DNA from: Scenedesmus sp. PABB004
Taxonomy: Eukaryota
Direction of reading: 5' to 3'
DNA: 64,000 nt
Assembly: GCA_014905635.1 (NCBI GenBank)
Contig: JABVCE010000027.1
Span: forward strand, 372,001-436,000
Both the position numbers and the translations under genes were made by a program. How positions within the stretch are numbered: position 1 is the stretch's first letter; each line of letters starts with the position of its first letter. The notes beneath the pieces are model-generated. The model did not search any database and was not told the DNA's origin. It was given only the letters and a program-made list of their open reading frames with translations. Below, piece by piece: positions 10,988 through 23,197 of the stretch.

Positions 10988-13900
10988 ATGCAGCCGGGCG
11001 CTGCGGAGGGGCCGGGAGGCGGGCCGCCGAGCGGGGGCGGCCCCACGGCCTGGGGGGCGCCGCTCCACGGCGCCGGCCCCTCGATCCCCGCCTACCTGGC
11101 CAGCCCGCACATGGCGCCCCGGCGCCTGCTGGCCGAGCGGGGGCAGCAGCTCTGCGGCGGCATCCATTTGGGTGCGGCGCTCGCGGCGACGCAGCCCCTG
11201 GCCGACATGCGGCCGGCGGAGGACATCCCGGTCTACGTCATGCTGCCGCTGGACACGGTGCGGGGGGCGCCTGGAAACGGCGCAGCGCAGGGGGCGACCC
11301 CCTCTCCCCCGAGCGGCCCCCTCGCGCCGGCAGCCGCCCGCCCGGCCCGCCGTCGGCACAGGCGGGGGGGGGGGGGGGGGGGGGCTGGCCCGGCGCCCGG
11401 CGGCGGCGCAGCGGCCGGCGGGGCGCGTGCGCGGCGCGGCGCCGCCGCCCACCACCGCCGCTGCTGCCCGCGCCGCTGCCGCCGCGCGCGGCGCAGGTCA
11501 ACGCGGAGGGCGTGTTCCGCTACGCCTACGTGCCCTGGTTCGCGCAGGCGCTGCAGGTGCTCGCGCTGTCGGGCGTGCACGGCGTCGCGGTCGACGTCTG
11601 GGTGAGCCGCGCGCTCGCTGTCTGCGCCGCCTGCGCCAGCACGCGCGCCGCGCGCCGCCCGCGCCGCCGCGTGCGCGCCCGCGCCGACCGCCCGCGCCCG
11701 CGCCCGCGTCCGCGCGGCGCGCAGTGGTGCGCGGTGGAGCGCTGCCCGCGGTCGTACAGCTGGCTGGGGTACCGGCAGCTGTTTGAGATGGTGCGGGGCG
11801 CGGGGCTGAAGCTGCAGGTCGTCCTCTCCTTCCACGCCTGCGGCGGCAACGTCGGCGACCTCGCGCGCGTGCCGCTGCCGCCCTGGGTGCTCGAGGTGCG
11901 CGCGGGGCGCGGCCACGCGGGCGGGCTGCGGCGGCGGGCGAGGCGCCGCGCCGGCGCCGGCGCCTCCCCTCCACCTCCCTCAGCCACGCACGCACACGCA
12001 CGCCTACGCCCTCAAATACACACACACAACCCCCCCCCCCCCCCCCCCCAGGCGGGCGGCAGCGACCCCGACATCTTTTTCACCGACCGCCCCCGCGAGT
12101 GCGGCCTGGGGCGGCGCAACCGCGAGTACCTCAGCATATGGGCAGACGACGCCCCCGTGCTGCCCGGCGGCCCCGGCGGCGCGCCGCGCACGCCGCTGCA
12201 GGCGCGCGCGCGCCGCGCGCGCCGCCGCCGCCGGCGCCGCCGCGCCCGCGCCGCCGCCGCCGCGCGCCGACCCGCCCCGCGGCCCACCCGCCCCGCCCCG
12301 CGCTGCGCTGCTGCCCCCCCCCTTCCCCTCCACAGGCGTACGGCGAGGTCATGTCTGCGTTCCGGGACGCGTTTGCGGCCGACCTGGGCGGCCTGATCGA
12401 GGAGGTCGTGGTCGGCAGCGGGCCGTGCGGCGAGCTGCGCTACCCCTCGTACGTCGAGGCCGCGGGCTGGCGCTTCCCCGGCGTCGGCGAGTTCCAGTGC
12501 TACGACCGCCGCGCGCTCGCGAGCCTCGCAGCCGCCGCGGCGGCGGCGGGCCGGCCCGAGTGGGGCTACGCGGGGCCGCACGACAGCGGCGGCTACAACA
12601 GCAGCCCCGGCGAGACCGGGTTTTTCGCGCCGGGCGGGTCCTGGGACTCGGGTGCGCGGCGGCGGCGGCGGCAGCGCCCGCGCGGCGCGGCGTGCTGGGC
12701 TCCCCCGCCGCGCGTGCCGCAGCGGCTCGCCCCGCCGGCGGCCCACCGCTCGCGGCTCACCGCCCGACCCCGCGCCTCGACCCGCGCAGAGTACGGCGCG
12801 TTTTTCCTTGACTGGTACAGCGGCTGCCTCTTGGCGCACGGCGAGCGGCTGCTGGGCCTGGCCAACCAGGTGTTCGGCCCGCACAAGGCGCCGCGCGCGC
12901 CGGCGGCGGGCGCGCTCGCGCAGGCGCAGGCGGTCGTGCGGCGGCTGCAGTCGCTGCTGCTCGCGCGCGGCGGCGCCGGCGAGGGCGAGGGCGGCGGCGG
13001 CAGCAGCGCGAGCAGCAGCGCGGCGAGCCTCGCGGCCGTCGCGGCGGCGGCGACCGTCGCGGCCGCGGCGGCGGCCGGCGGCGTCGGCGACGGCGACGCC
13101 GGCACCGTGGCCGCCGCGGCGGCGCAGGCCAAGGGCCTGCTGCAGCACGTGCACCACCTGCAGCTGCAGGCGGGCGCGCCCGGCGGCGGCAGCGGCGGCG
13201 GCGGCGCGCCGCCGCGGGTCAGCAGCAGCACGGCCGGCAGCAGCGACGACGACGCCGGCAGCGGCGCGGCGCTCAGCCCCACCACGGCGGGGTCGGGGTC
13301 TGTCGCGGCGGGCGCGATGAGCGCGTGCACGAGCGCGGGCTGCCTCACGCCGCAGGGCAGCCTGCCGCCGCCGCTGGACGGCGGCGGGTCCATCTGGGAG
13401 CAGCTCGCGAGCCCGCAGGCGCAGGCGCTCGCGAGCAGCATCCTCGCGCAGCTGCAGCGCGGCGCCGAGCCCGGCGGCGGCGCCCTGGGGCTCATGGCCG
13501 CGGGCGGCGGCGGCGGCGCGCACGGCGGCGGCGGCGGCGGCGGGGTTGGCAGCATGCCGACGGCGTCGAGCATGAGCAGCTGCAGCGCGGTGGACCTGGA
13601 CCTCGCGGGCCTGCTGTCAGCGAGCCAGCAGCACCTCGCGGGCCTCGCGATCTGCGGCAGCGACGGCAGCAGCGGCAAGGGCAGCGGCGACCTCGCCGGC
13701 GGCAGCCCGCGCGCGTGCGGCGGCGGCGGCGGCGGCGGCGCCAAGATGCAGCTGGAGCCGCTGGCGCTGCTGCGCAGCTGCAGCAGCAGCTGCTGCAGCG
13801 GCGGCGCGCTCGCGGGCAGCGCCGGCGCCGGCGCGGCCGGCGGCGGCGGCGGCGGCCTGGCGAGCATCAGCAGCTGCAGCGACATGAGCGTCGCCACGCC

Positions 13901-15320
13901 CACGCCGCTCCCGGCGCCGGGCGGCGCACCGGCGGCGGCGGCCAACGGCGCCGCGGGCGGCGCGGCGGGCCCGGGCCGGCCCGGCGGCGCGGCGCCCGCG
14001 GGCGGCAGCCCGCTGCCGGCGTGCGCGTCGGGCGGCGGCCTGGCGGGCATGGCCCTGGACTGCGCGGGCAGCCCGCACGGCGCCACGCCGCCCGGGTCGG
14101 CGCTGCTGCAGAGCTTCATGCAGGCGCTGTCGGGGCTGGGGCTCGACGCCGGCGGCCGCAGCAGCGGCGGCGCGGCGGCCGCGGCGGCGCCGCCGCCAAC
14201 GCACGCGGCGGGCGGCGCCGGCGGCGCCGCGGCGGCGGCGCGGCGGAGCCGGGGTCTGGTGCTGACGCTGAAGATCGCGGGCGTGCATTGGTGGTACAAC
14301 AGCACGAGCCACGCGAGCGAGCTCACGGCGGGGTACTACAACACCGACTCGCGCGACGGCTACGGCCCGATCCTCGCGCTCTGCGAGCGCCACGGCGTCA
14401 ACCTCACGCTCACGTGCGTGGAGATGTGCGACGCGCAGCACCCGAGCTACGCGCTGTGCGGGCCGGAGGGCCTGCTGCGCCAGATCCGCGCGATGGCGGC
14501 GCGCCGCGGCGTGAGCCTGAGCGGCGAGAACGCGCTGCCCATCTTCACGACCGCCGGCGTCGACGGCGTGGCGCTCGACCGCGTCGTCGCCAACGTGCGC
14601 TCGTGCCGCGCGGTGCCGCTGCGCAGCTGCAGCAGCTGGCCCGGCCCCGCGACCACGAGCGACGCCTGCTACGGCGGCGGCAGCATGCTCGCCGCGGCGG
14701 CGGCGGCGGCGGCGGCGCAGCAGCAGCAGCAGCAGCACCTGCAGCGGGACTGCGCCAGCGCGGGCGGCGACGCCGCGCACGCCCGGGCGGCGGCGCGTGG
14801 CGGCGGCTACCCGCCGCCGCAGCAGCAGTACCAGCAGCAGCAGCAGCAGCAGCAACAGCAGGCGCATCAGGCGCAGCAGGCGCAGCAGCAGGCGCATCAG
14901 GCGCACGCGTTTGCGTACACCTACGGCGCCGCGATGGGCGCGGCGGGGAACAACAACGCCGCGCTCAGCTCGGGGACGCGCACGTTCAGCGAGCTGGGCC
15001 CGCTGCTGCAGCAGCACAGCTCGGGCAGCGGCGGCGGCGGCGGCGGCGGGCGCTCGCCCGCGGCGGCGGCCGGCGGCGGCGCGTGGGCGGGCCCGGGCGG
15101 CGGTGCGCCCAAGGGCGGCGGCCGCGCGCCCGCCGGCGGGAGCAGCAGCGGCGGCGGCGGCGGCGGCGCCGCGCCGAGCGGCGGCCGCGGCGAGGCGGCG
15201 CCGCTGCTGCCGGCGATGCGGGCGTTCACGTTCCTGCGCCTGGGGCCCGAGCTGCTCGCGCCGGAGGTGCACGGCAGCTGGATGCGATTCATGCACCGCA
15301 TGCTCAACGAGCGCGCGTGA
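10988..15320 (+). CDS. BAM: Beta-amylase (GH14) with two large low-complexity insertions; about 6 exons
   Basis: PVYVMLPLDTV, VAVDVWW, LSFHACGGNVGD, GPCGELRYPSY, GVGEFQCYD, LKIAGVHWWY, HASELTAGYYN, TCVEMCD, GENAL and AFTFLRL; both catalytic Glu motifs are present. Confidence 0.95.
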
Positions 15321-15802
15321 GGCGCAGCAGCAGAGGGTTTAGGGGCTCAGTCGAGGCCCCAGGAGCAGCGCGCGGGCGCGGGGGAGCGGCAGCGCGCGAG
15401 CGCCGCTCCGTCGTCGCCGCTGCCGCCGCCGTCTGCCCAACTGTTCTTCTTGCGCCCGCGTGCGTGCGTGTGTGCGTGCTTTGGCGCGGGTGCGCCGGTC
15501 GCTGGGCTCTGCTGTGCCCTCTGTTGCGCCGCTGTGGCCGCTGGCCGGCGCCAGCCAGCCGCGCGGGCGCTGGCCCGCCGCGCGTGCGGCGCGGATGGTG
15601 CTGAAGCTGCGAGTGCGCGGGCGCGACCGCGAACGAACCGCCTCGACCGCCCCGCCTCCGACTTGCGGGCGAGAAATGGGGAGGGAGGGGCCCGGCGGCG
15701 CGCGCCGGGCTGGCTGGCTGGCGGGCGGGCGGGCGGGCGGGCAAGCGGGCAGGGCCCGCGTTTTGAAACCCAATCCGCTCCGGAGGCCCCCGACGCGCCG
15801 CC

Positions 15803-16752
15803 TCACGCACGCGCGCGCGCCGCCGCCGCCTCGGCCGCCGCCGCGGCGTTGTGCCGCGCCAGGCGGGCCTGCGTGGCCGCGACGCGGCGCGCGAGCTCGC
15901 TGTGCACGCGCTCCGCCTCCGCCAGCACCTGCGGCGCGGCCACAGGCGCGGTGTGAGCGAGGCGCCGCGCGTGCCAGCGTCCCGGCGCGCTGGGCAAGGC
16001 CGGCCGCGGCGCGCGCCCGCGCGCGCCTGCACGCCCGGCGGGCGAAAGAGGTCGGCCCACTCCTCCGCCTGCCGCGTGCAGAGCGCCTCCACCGCCGCGT
16101 CGTCGTCCGCGCCGCCGCCGCCGCCGCAGGGGCGCGCCAGCGCGCTCGCCGCCTCGCGCCTGTCTGCGAGGTCGAGCTCGTGCGCCGCCCTCATCGCCAG
16201 CACGTCCCACGCGTCCTGTGCAGCGCGCGCGGGCGGGTGGGTGGGCGGGGGCGGCATGCCAGCAGGCAGGCGGGTGGTGGTGGGGGCGGCGCGCGCGCGC
16301 GCGGGCGGGCGCTGGGCGGCGGCGCGCCGCCGCGCCGCGCCTGCAGCAGCCGGTTGCCGAGGTGGTGCGCGAGCGCGGTGGCGCCGATCAGCGGCAGCAG
16401 CAGCGGCGCCCACGCGAAGCGCTTCACGAGCAGCAGAGCAAGCATAGTGCCCTGCGCCAGGTACAGGGCGACGAAGACGTGCCTGGGGTTTTGGTTTTGG
16501 CGCGGGGCGCAGCAGGGCTCAGGGGTTCTGGGTCGACAGGTGCTCGGCGGGCACGCCCAGGGGTGCGCGCGGGTGGCGTCGCGCGCGCGCGGAGCGCGCG
16601 CGCGGAGGCGCGCACCTCCACAGCTGCTTCCACAGCCGCCCGCCGCCCTCGTAGGGCCGGCGATAGACGTAGACCCACTGGTAGCTCTGGGTGTGTGTGG
16701 GTGGGTGTGTGGGTGGGTGTGTTTGGGTGTGTGTGTGTGTTTGGGTGTGTTT

Positions 16753-16819
<67 letters not shown>

Positions 16820-16906
16820 GGTGTGTGTGGGTGTGTTTGGGTGTGTGTGGGTGTGTTTGGGTGTGTGTGGTTGTGTTTGGGTGTGTGTGTGTGTTTGGGT
16901 GTGTTT

Positions 16907-16945
<39 letters not shown>

Positions 16946-16960
16946 TGGGTGTGGGTGTGT

Positions 16961-17023
<63 letters not shown>

Positions 17024-18809
17024 TGGGTGTGGGTGTGTTTGGGTGTGTGTGGGTGTGTTTGGGTGTGTGTGGGTGTGTTTGGGTGTGTTTGGGGGGGGGG
17101 AGGGGGGGTCCAAGGGCCGCGGGGGGGCGGGGCAGCGCCGCGCGCCGCGCGCCGCGCCGCGCCTCGACCACGAGCGTGGCCCCAAAGTAGATGAGCGCCG
17201 CCACGAGCACCAGCGGCGACACGACCGCAAACACGAGGCCCAGCAGCAGCATGACCGACGCCTCGGGCAGCGCGGGGCCAAACATGCTGCGCGGCGGGGA
17301 GGGGGGGGGGAGCGGTGGCGGCCCAGGGGGGAGGGGGGAGGGGGTGGAGGGCAGCAGAGAGTGAGCGGTGGCGGCGAGGCACGCCCCGGCCAAAGGCGCG
17401 CAGGGGTGCGCGGGAGAGCAGCGCGGCGTGCCGCGGGCGGGGCGCGCACCGGTACGTCCCGCCCACGACGGCGCGGCGCCGCGCCGTGGCGCCGCCGCGC
17501 GCGCGCGCCGCGCGGCGGGCGGCAGTGAAAAGGATCCCAAAGGGCCGCAGCAGCGCCCAGGAGCGGCCGATGAAGGCCTGGGAGGGTGTGGGTGTGGGTG
17601 TGTGGGGTGGGGTGGGGTGGGTGGGGTGGGGTGGGGGGCGTGTGAGGGGAGAGGCGGTGCGGGCGGCACGTGACGCGCGCGACGCGCGACGCGCGCGCGG
17701 GTGCAGAGCTGGGTGGCAGTGCGCAGCGCGCAGCGCGCAGCGGCCGCCGCAGCGCCGCGCATCGCGCCCGGCCGGGGGGGAGAGGGGAGGGCCGGCACGC
17801 ACGGTGAAGATGATGTAGAGGATGAAGAAGTTGGCGGTCTGGCGGTTTGAACGGGGGGCGTTTGAATTTGAAACAGCGACGCGAGTTTGATTTGAATTTG
17901 GCGGCGGGCGGGAGAAGGGTGGGATGCGGGCGCGCGTGGGGGCGGTGAGGCGCGGGCCCCCGCGCGAGGCCCTGGCGCCGGCCGCCGCCACCGCCGCCGC
18001 CGCACCTGCGGCGCGCCGGTGCCGAGGCGGTCCAGCACGGGGCCGACGCCACGAGTGAAAAGCACGTTCACCTGTGGTCGGCATGGGTGATGAGGGGGAG
18101 GCGGACGCGCGTGAACGGCGGCGGAGGGGCGCCGCGCTGGCGAGGGCGCCCGCGCGCGTGCGGGGGCGGCGCGCCGCCGCCGCGCCGGCGCGTGCCTGGT
18201 TGAGCAGGCTGCCGGTCACAAAGGAGCTGAAGAAGACCAGGATGACCTGACATGAGGGCATGAGGGCAGGGGGGGGGGGAGGGACAAGGAGGGGGAGATT
18301 TGGGGGTGAGGGGCTCGCTGAGGGCCGCCCTGACGCAGCGCGCAGCACGCATTACGCGTCACGCAGCAACGCAGCAACGCAGCAACGCGGCCCGCGCCAA
18401 GCGGCGCGCCTGGAGCGAGAAGTAGTGCATCGCGACGGCGTTGTCCAGCGTGCCGAGGCTCGGCGCGCCGCCGCGGCGGTTGAGTGCGTAGAGGACGACC
18501 GGCAGCAGCAGCACAAACAGGCGCAGCGCGGCGCCCGGCAGCACGCCCAGCAGGAGCGAGTGCACGACCGGGAGCCGCGCGAGCGCGCCGACGACGGGCA
18601 GGCGCTGCAGGCGCTCGAGCTGCGGCGGCGCGGGAGCAGCAGCGCGTCGGCGCGTGCGCGGCGCGGCGAGCGCGCGGCGCGGCGCGGCGCGGGCGCGCCT
18701 GCAGGAGGCCCTGCACCGCCGCGACGGGTGCCACGTATGTGAGGGCGAGCAGCGTGATGGCGGCATATACGCCCCACCGCCGCAGCCCCGCCTCCCAGTA
18801 CCTGCGCCA

Positions 18810-18854
<45 letters not shown>

Positions 18855-21800
18855 GTGGCGGCGCGGCGCGGGGCTGGGCGGCGGCGCGGCGGGCAGTGCA
18901 ACGCGGCGCGGCGGCGGCAGCTCCGCGCATGATGCTGCTCCCAGCGCGCCGCGCCGCACCGCATGCCCAGCCTGGCCCAGACGATGCTGTCGGGCGGCGG
19001 CGCGGCGGAGACAGACCAAGCGCCCGCCTCCGCGACGTGGCGCGCCCCCACCGCGGCGGTCAGAGCGGTGCGCGTCCTGCGCGGCGCGGCGGCGGCGCGA
19101 CGCGGCGCGCGCGCAGTGGGCGGCCGCCCGGGGTCGTGCGCTCGCTGCGTGCGCGCGTGGGCTCGCCCACCGGAACGTGACAAACGCGGCTGGCAGCGGG
19201 TCGGCCGCCGCTGCGGCCTGCGCGTCGGCGAGCTGCGCGCGCAGCACGCCGAGCCGGTGCAGCAGCACGTCCAGTGCGTCGCCCCGCGGCGCGCGGCGCA
19301 GGCACAGCCAGCCCCGGCCGCCCGCGCGCGCGCGCGGCGCAGCGCCGTCGCCGCCAGCGTCGTCGCTGGCAGCGCCGTCGGCGCGCCCGCAGCCGCAGCG
19401 CCGCCAGCAGCCGCAGTGCTGCCTGGGCGCGCTGGGGCTGGCTGCGGCAGCAGCCCCGAGCTGCTGGTCCCGGTCCGCCGCCTGCTCCGCGCCGTCCGGC
19501 TGGGAGCCGCCGTCGGCGCCGTCAGCGTCGTCGCCGCGGCCCGGCGCCGCGCCCGCGCAGGCCGCCCCGGGCGGCTGCTGCTTGCCCGTCGGCGCCGCCT
19601 CGCCGCGCAGCTCCTTGGGCATCGGCAGCTGGCGGCACGGCACGGCATGGGTGGGCGGGCAGGCGCGCTGGGGTGGGCGCGTCGCGCGGGCAGCCGGCCA
19701 GGCGCGGCGCGGCGCGGCGCGGCGCACCGTGCGGACGGGGACGGCCCGCAGCGCCGGCCGCCGCTGCGTGCGCGGCGCCGGGCCCCAGCCCTGTGCCGGC
19801 GCCTCGGACGCATCGCCTGCGCCCTGCACGCGCGGCAGCTCCTCGCCGCCGCCGTGGCCGCCGCCGCCGCCGCCGCGCAGGCAGCCGCGCAACGCCGCGA
19901 GCGGCCCGCGTCGCCGCCGACCAGCCGCGGCCGCGGCCGCGGCCGCACGCGCCAGGCGCAGCTCGTACGCCTCCAGCGCGTCCTCCAGCGCCGTGCGCGC
20001 CGCGCCGTAGCGCGACACCAGCGCCGCGGCGGCGGGCGTGTGGCACACGACGTGCACCGCGACGACCGCGGCGGGGCCATAGATGCTTGAAAACTCGCTG
20101 CGCACAAACTCCTGCCACGGGCGGAGCGGGGCGACGCCGGGGCGGCGTCGTCGTGGGCCAGGGCGCCGCCGGCGCGCGCGGGGCCGGCGGCCGCGCGGAG
20201 ACAGGCGCAGCGCGCGCCGCGAGCGCGCCGCGAGCGCGCTGCCGCGCACCTCGACGCTCACTCCCGACTTGAGCACGCCCGCCGCGCGGCGCCACTCGGC
20301 GGTAAACACGCCAAAGCCGCCCACGCCCGCCTCCAGCTGCACGCCGCCGCCCGGCGCGCCGTCGCCCGGCAGCAGCTCTGCCTCGCCGCCCGCCCCGCCG
20401 CGCGCAGGCAGCCGGTGCCGCAGCCCGCCGCCAGCGCTCGCGTCTGCACCGGCAGCAGCCTGGTCGGGGTGACCGCCGCCGCCGGCTGGGGCGGCGGCCG
20501 CTGCCGCTGCCGCTGCCGCTGCCGTGCTGGCGGCGTCGCGCGGCACGCCGGCGGCGACTCGTCCGCTGCCGCTGGTCGAGCCGGCGGCGCTGCCGTCGCT
20601 GCCGGCGCCGTCGCTGCCGGCGCCGCCGTCGGACGCCGCCGCGCCACCGCCCTCAGCCTCACCGCCGCTGCAGCCGCCCTCGTCGCCGCTGCCGCCGCTG
20701 CCGCCGCCGGCGCCGTTCTGCGCCGCCGCCGGGCCCCGCGCGCCGCGGCGCCAGCGGCCGCGCTTGCCGTCCGCCGCAGCGCCGTGCCGCAGCACGCGCT
20801 TGGCCGTGGAGCTGACCGCCTGGCCCGACGACGCGAGCTGCGCCGCCGCAGCGCGCAGCCGCGCCTTGACCGACGCCGGCAGGAGCCGGAACATCCAGTT
20901 GTGCACCACCTGGGCGGGCGGGGGCGCGGGTTGAGTTTGCGGGCGGGCGGCGAGTGAAGGTGGGAGGGGCGGGCGCGGCGGCGCGGCGGCGCGGCGCGGC
21001 GTGGCGGACGGCCGCGGCAGCGCCGCCCTGCCGGCGCGGCGCGCGGCCAGGCGACCAGGCGCGCGGTCGGACCTTGTCCAGCGCCGTGGCCTTGACCATG
21101 CCCAGAATGTCGGCCACCAGCGCGGTGTGGCTCGCCGACTCGAGGCCCGGGCTGGACGCGGTGAGCTGGCCGAGGTACAGCCGCAGCGCGCTCGACGTCG
21201 CGCTCCACAGCAGCTGCGCGCGCCACCGGCGCGGCGGGCGGTGCGCACCACGTGGGCGCGCGCACGTGCGCGGGGCGCGTGGGGCAGCGCGCGTGCCAGC
21301 GTGCGCGGCGGCGCGGCTGGCGCGGCCCCAGCCTCGCCTTGATGGTGACCGCGCTCACGAGCCACGCGCTCGCGAGGTGCAGCCACAGCAGCGAGCTGCC
21401 CGCCGGCACGTTGGCCATGCTGAACCTGCCGGCCGCGGGCGGGACGGCCGCGCGCAGCCAGCCTCGGCGGCGCCTTTGCGGCGCGGGCGCGCCCACGGCC
21501 CGGGCCTCGCGGCCCGCGGGCCCCGTGAGTCCGCACCTGTCGAGGTCTGACGCGACGTACCGCCCCGCCTCAATCGCCGCGGCGAGGGTCGACACGTCCG
21601 TCCCCGGCCCCAGCTGCACGGCGGCCTTCCTGGTGCCGTTGGGGTTGAGCGCGGCGGCGCCGCTGCTGGTGTTGAAGTGGGGCAGCGTGGGGAAGAGGCG
21701 CCCCAGCAGGGCGTCGGTGGCGTCGGGCGGCGTCGCGGCGGACGCCGGGGCCGCCGCCGCCACGGCCGCGGCCGTTGCGTTGGCCGCCGCGAGGTTGAGG

Positions 21801-22634
21801 TCGCGCAGGTTGGTGCCCTGTGGGGGCGGCGGCGCGGCGCGCGGGGACGGCGGCGCGGGGGTGCGTGGGCGGCGGCGCGGGGGCGGGGACGGCGCGCGGG
21901 CACGGCCGAGCCGCCATGCCCTCTCGCCGCTGTGTGGCGCGGCCCACCAGGCAGAAGTTGACTGGCAGCACGACGCCGACGCACCACACCCCGAGGAGGA
22001 CCAGCAGCTTGAGCGCTGTGCGCGGCGCGGCGCGGCGCGGCGCGGGCGTCAGCCTCGCCGGCCCTCAGCCTCAGCCGGCTCGCGCGCGACGGCCCCGTCG
22101 CGCGCGCCCCGCTGCGCAGCGCAGGCGCGCGGGCCAGGCTGTGCGGCGGGCGCGGGCCCCGCTGCGCGGCGGGCGTGGGCGCACAGAAGCGGATGAAGCG
22201 CAGGAGCATCGCCACGTCCAGCCCCACCGCGGCGATGACGCGCGGCTCGCTGAGGCGCAGCAGCGGCCCGATCCACGTCAGCAGCGTGCGCGGCAGCGCC
22301 GGCGGCAGCGGCGCGCCGGGCGGCGGCATGCCGCGGTTGCCGCCCGGGTCGGCCCACGGCGACGGCCCCGGGCCCGCGCCGGGCGCGCCGCACGCGCCCG
22401 GCTGCGCATACGCCCTGCGGCGACGGCGGCGGCGGCGGGCGTCGGCGCGGGTCGTCGGGCGTCGGCGCGGGGTCGCTGGGCGTCAGGGCACGCGGGATCT
22501 CACGTGCGCGGGTTGTAGTAGCTGCGTGTCGCGGGCAGCACGCGCAGCGCGCTGAACAGGGTGAGCACGCCGAGGCCGATGCCCAGGTCGATGCCCAGTG
22601 CGATGAGCACGGTGCGGCCGTCGATCGCCGACAT
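15803..22634 (-). CDS. OSCA/TMEM63/CSC1 (ERD4-like) mechanosensitive or osmosensitive cation channel, multi-exon
   Basis: N-terminal TM followed by YYNPR, GLDVAMLLRFIRF, DLDRFSMANV..LLWLH, AAFVTF, APPPDSIVW, VAAVQGL, ANFFILYI, VFAVVSPLVL and YQWVYVYRRPYEGGGRLW. Confidence 0.9.
16690..17090. repeat. Compound (GT)n/GTTTGG microsatellite of about 400 bp in an OSCA intron
   Basis: Directly visible. Confidence 0.95.
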
Positions 22635-22657
22635 GCTGCTTGCTGCTGCGGCGCGTC

Positions 22658-22742
22658 GGCAGCGGCGGCAGCGGCGGCAGCGGCGGCGGCGGCGCCGGCG
22701 GCGGCAGCAGCGTCGGCAGCGGCGGCAGCAGCGTCGGCAGCG
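22658..22742. repeat. (CAGCGGCGG)-like tandem repeat just upstream of the OSCA start codon
   Basis: Directly visible 9-nt units. Confidence 0.7.
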
Positions 22743-23197
22743 GCGCGGCGGCGTCGGCAGGACCGCTGCTGCCGCCAGGGCGCTCACCTGCTCACGGAGC
22801 TCTCTCACGGCGCGCGCTCGCGGCGTGCGGGGGCGGCTCCGGCGCCCAGGCTGGCCTCGCCACCGTGCTGCGCCGCGCCGCTGCCGCGCGCGCTCACGGC
22901 TGCCGCGCGCCGGGCGGGCGCCCCTGCATCCGCGCCCCCTGGCACGCGGCCGCCTGTCGCGACTCGGCCGCGGCGCAGCGATCTCGCCGCTGCCGATGAG
23001 CGGCGAGCGGCGGCAGCGACCGCGCGCTGCTGCCGGCCGTGGCGGCGCGCGCGCGGGTGCCGCAGCGGCTGTCGGGACGGTCGAGCCGGGAGTGCTGGAC
23101 GCCGGCGCCGGCCCGCGACCGCGCCGGCGCGGTCGCGCCGGCGTTGCACGCCCTAGTGGTTCAAGGTTTCAAGCGCGCAACGCCCCGAACCGCGGGT

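Noticed and set aside
16191..18348. His-Thr and Cys-Val repeat 'proteins'
   Set aside because: Translations of an intronic (GT)n microsatellite.
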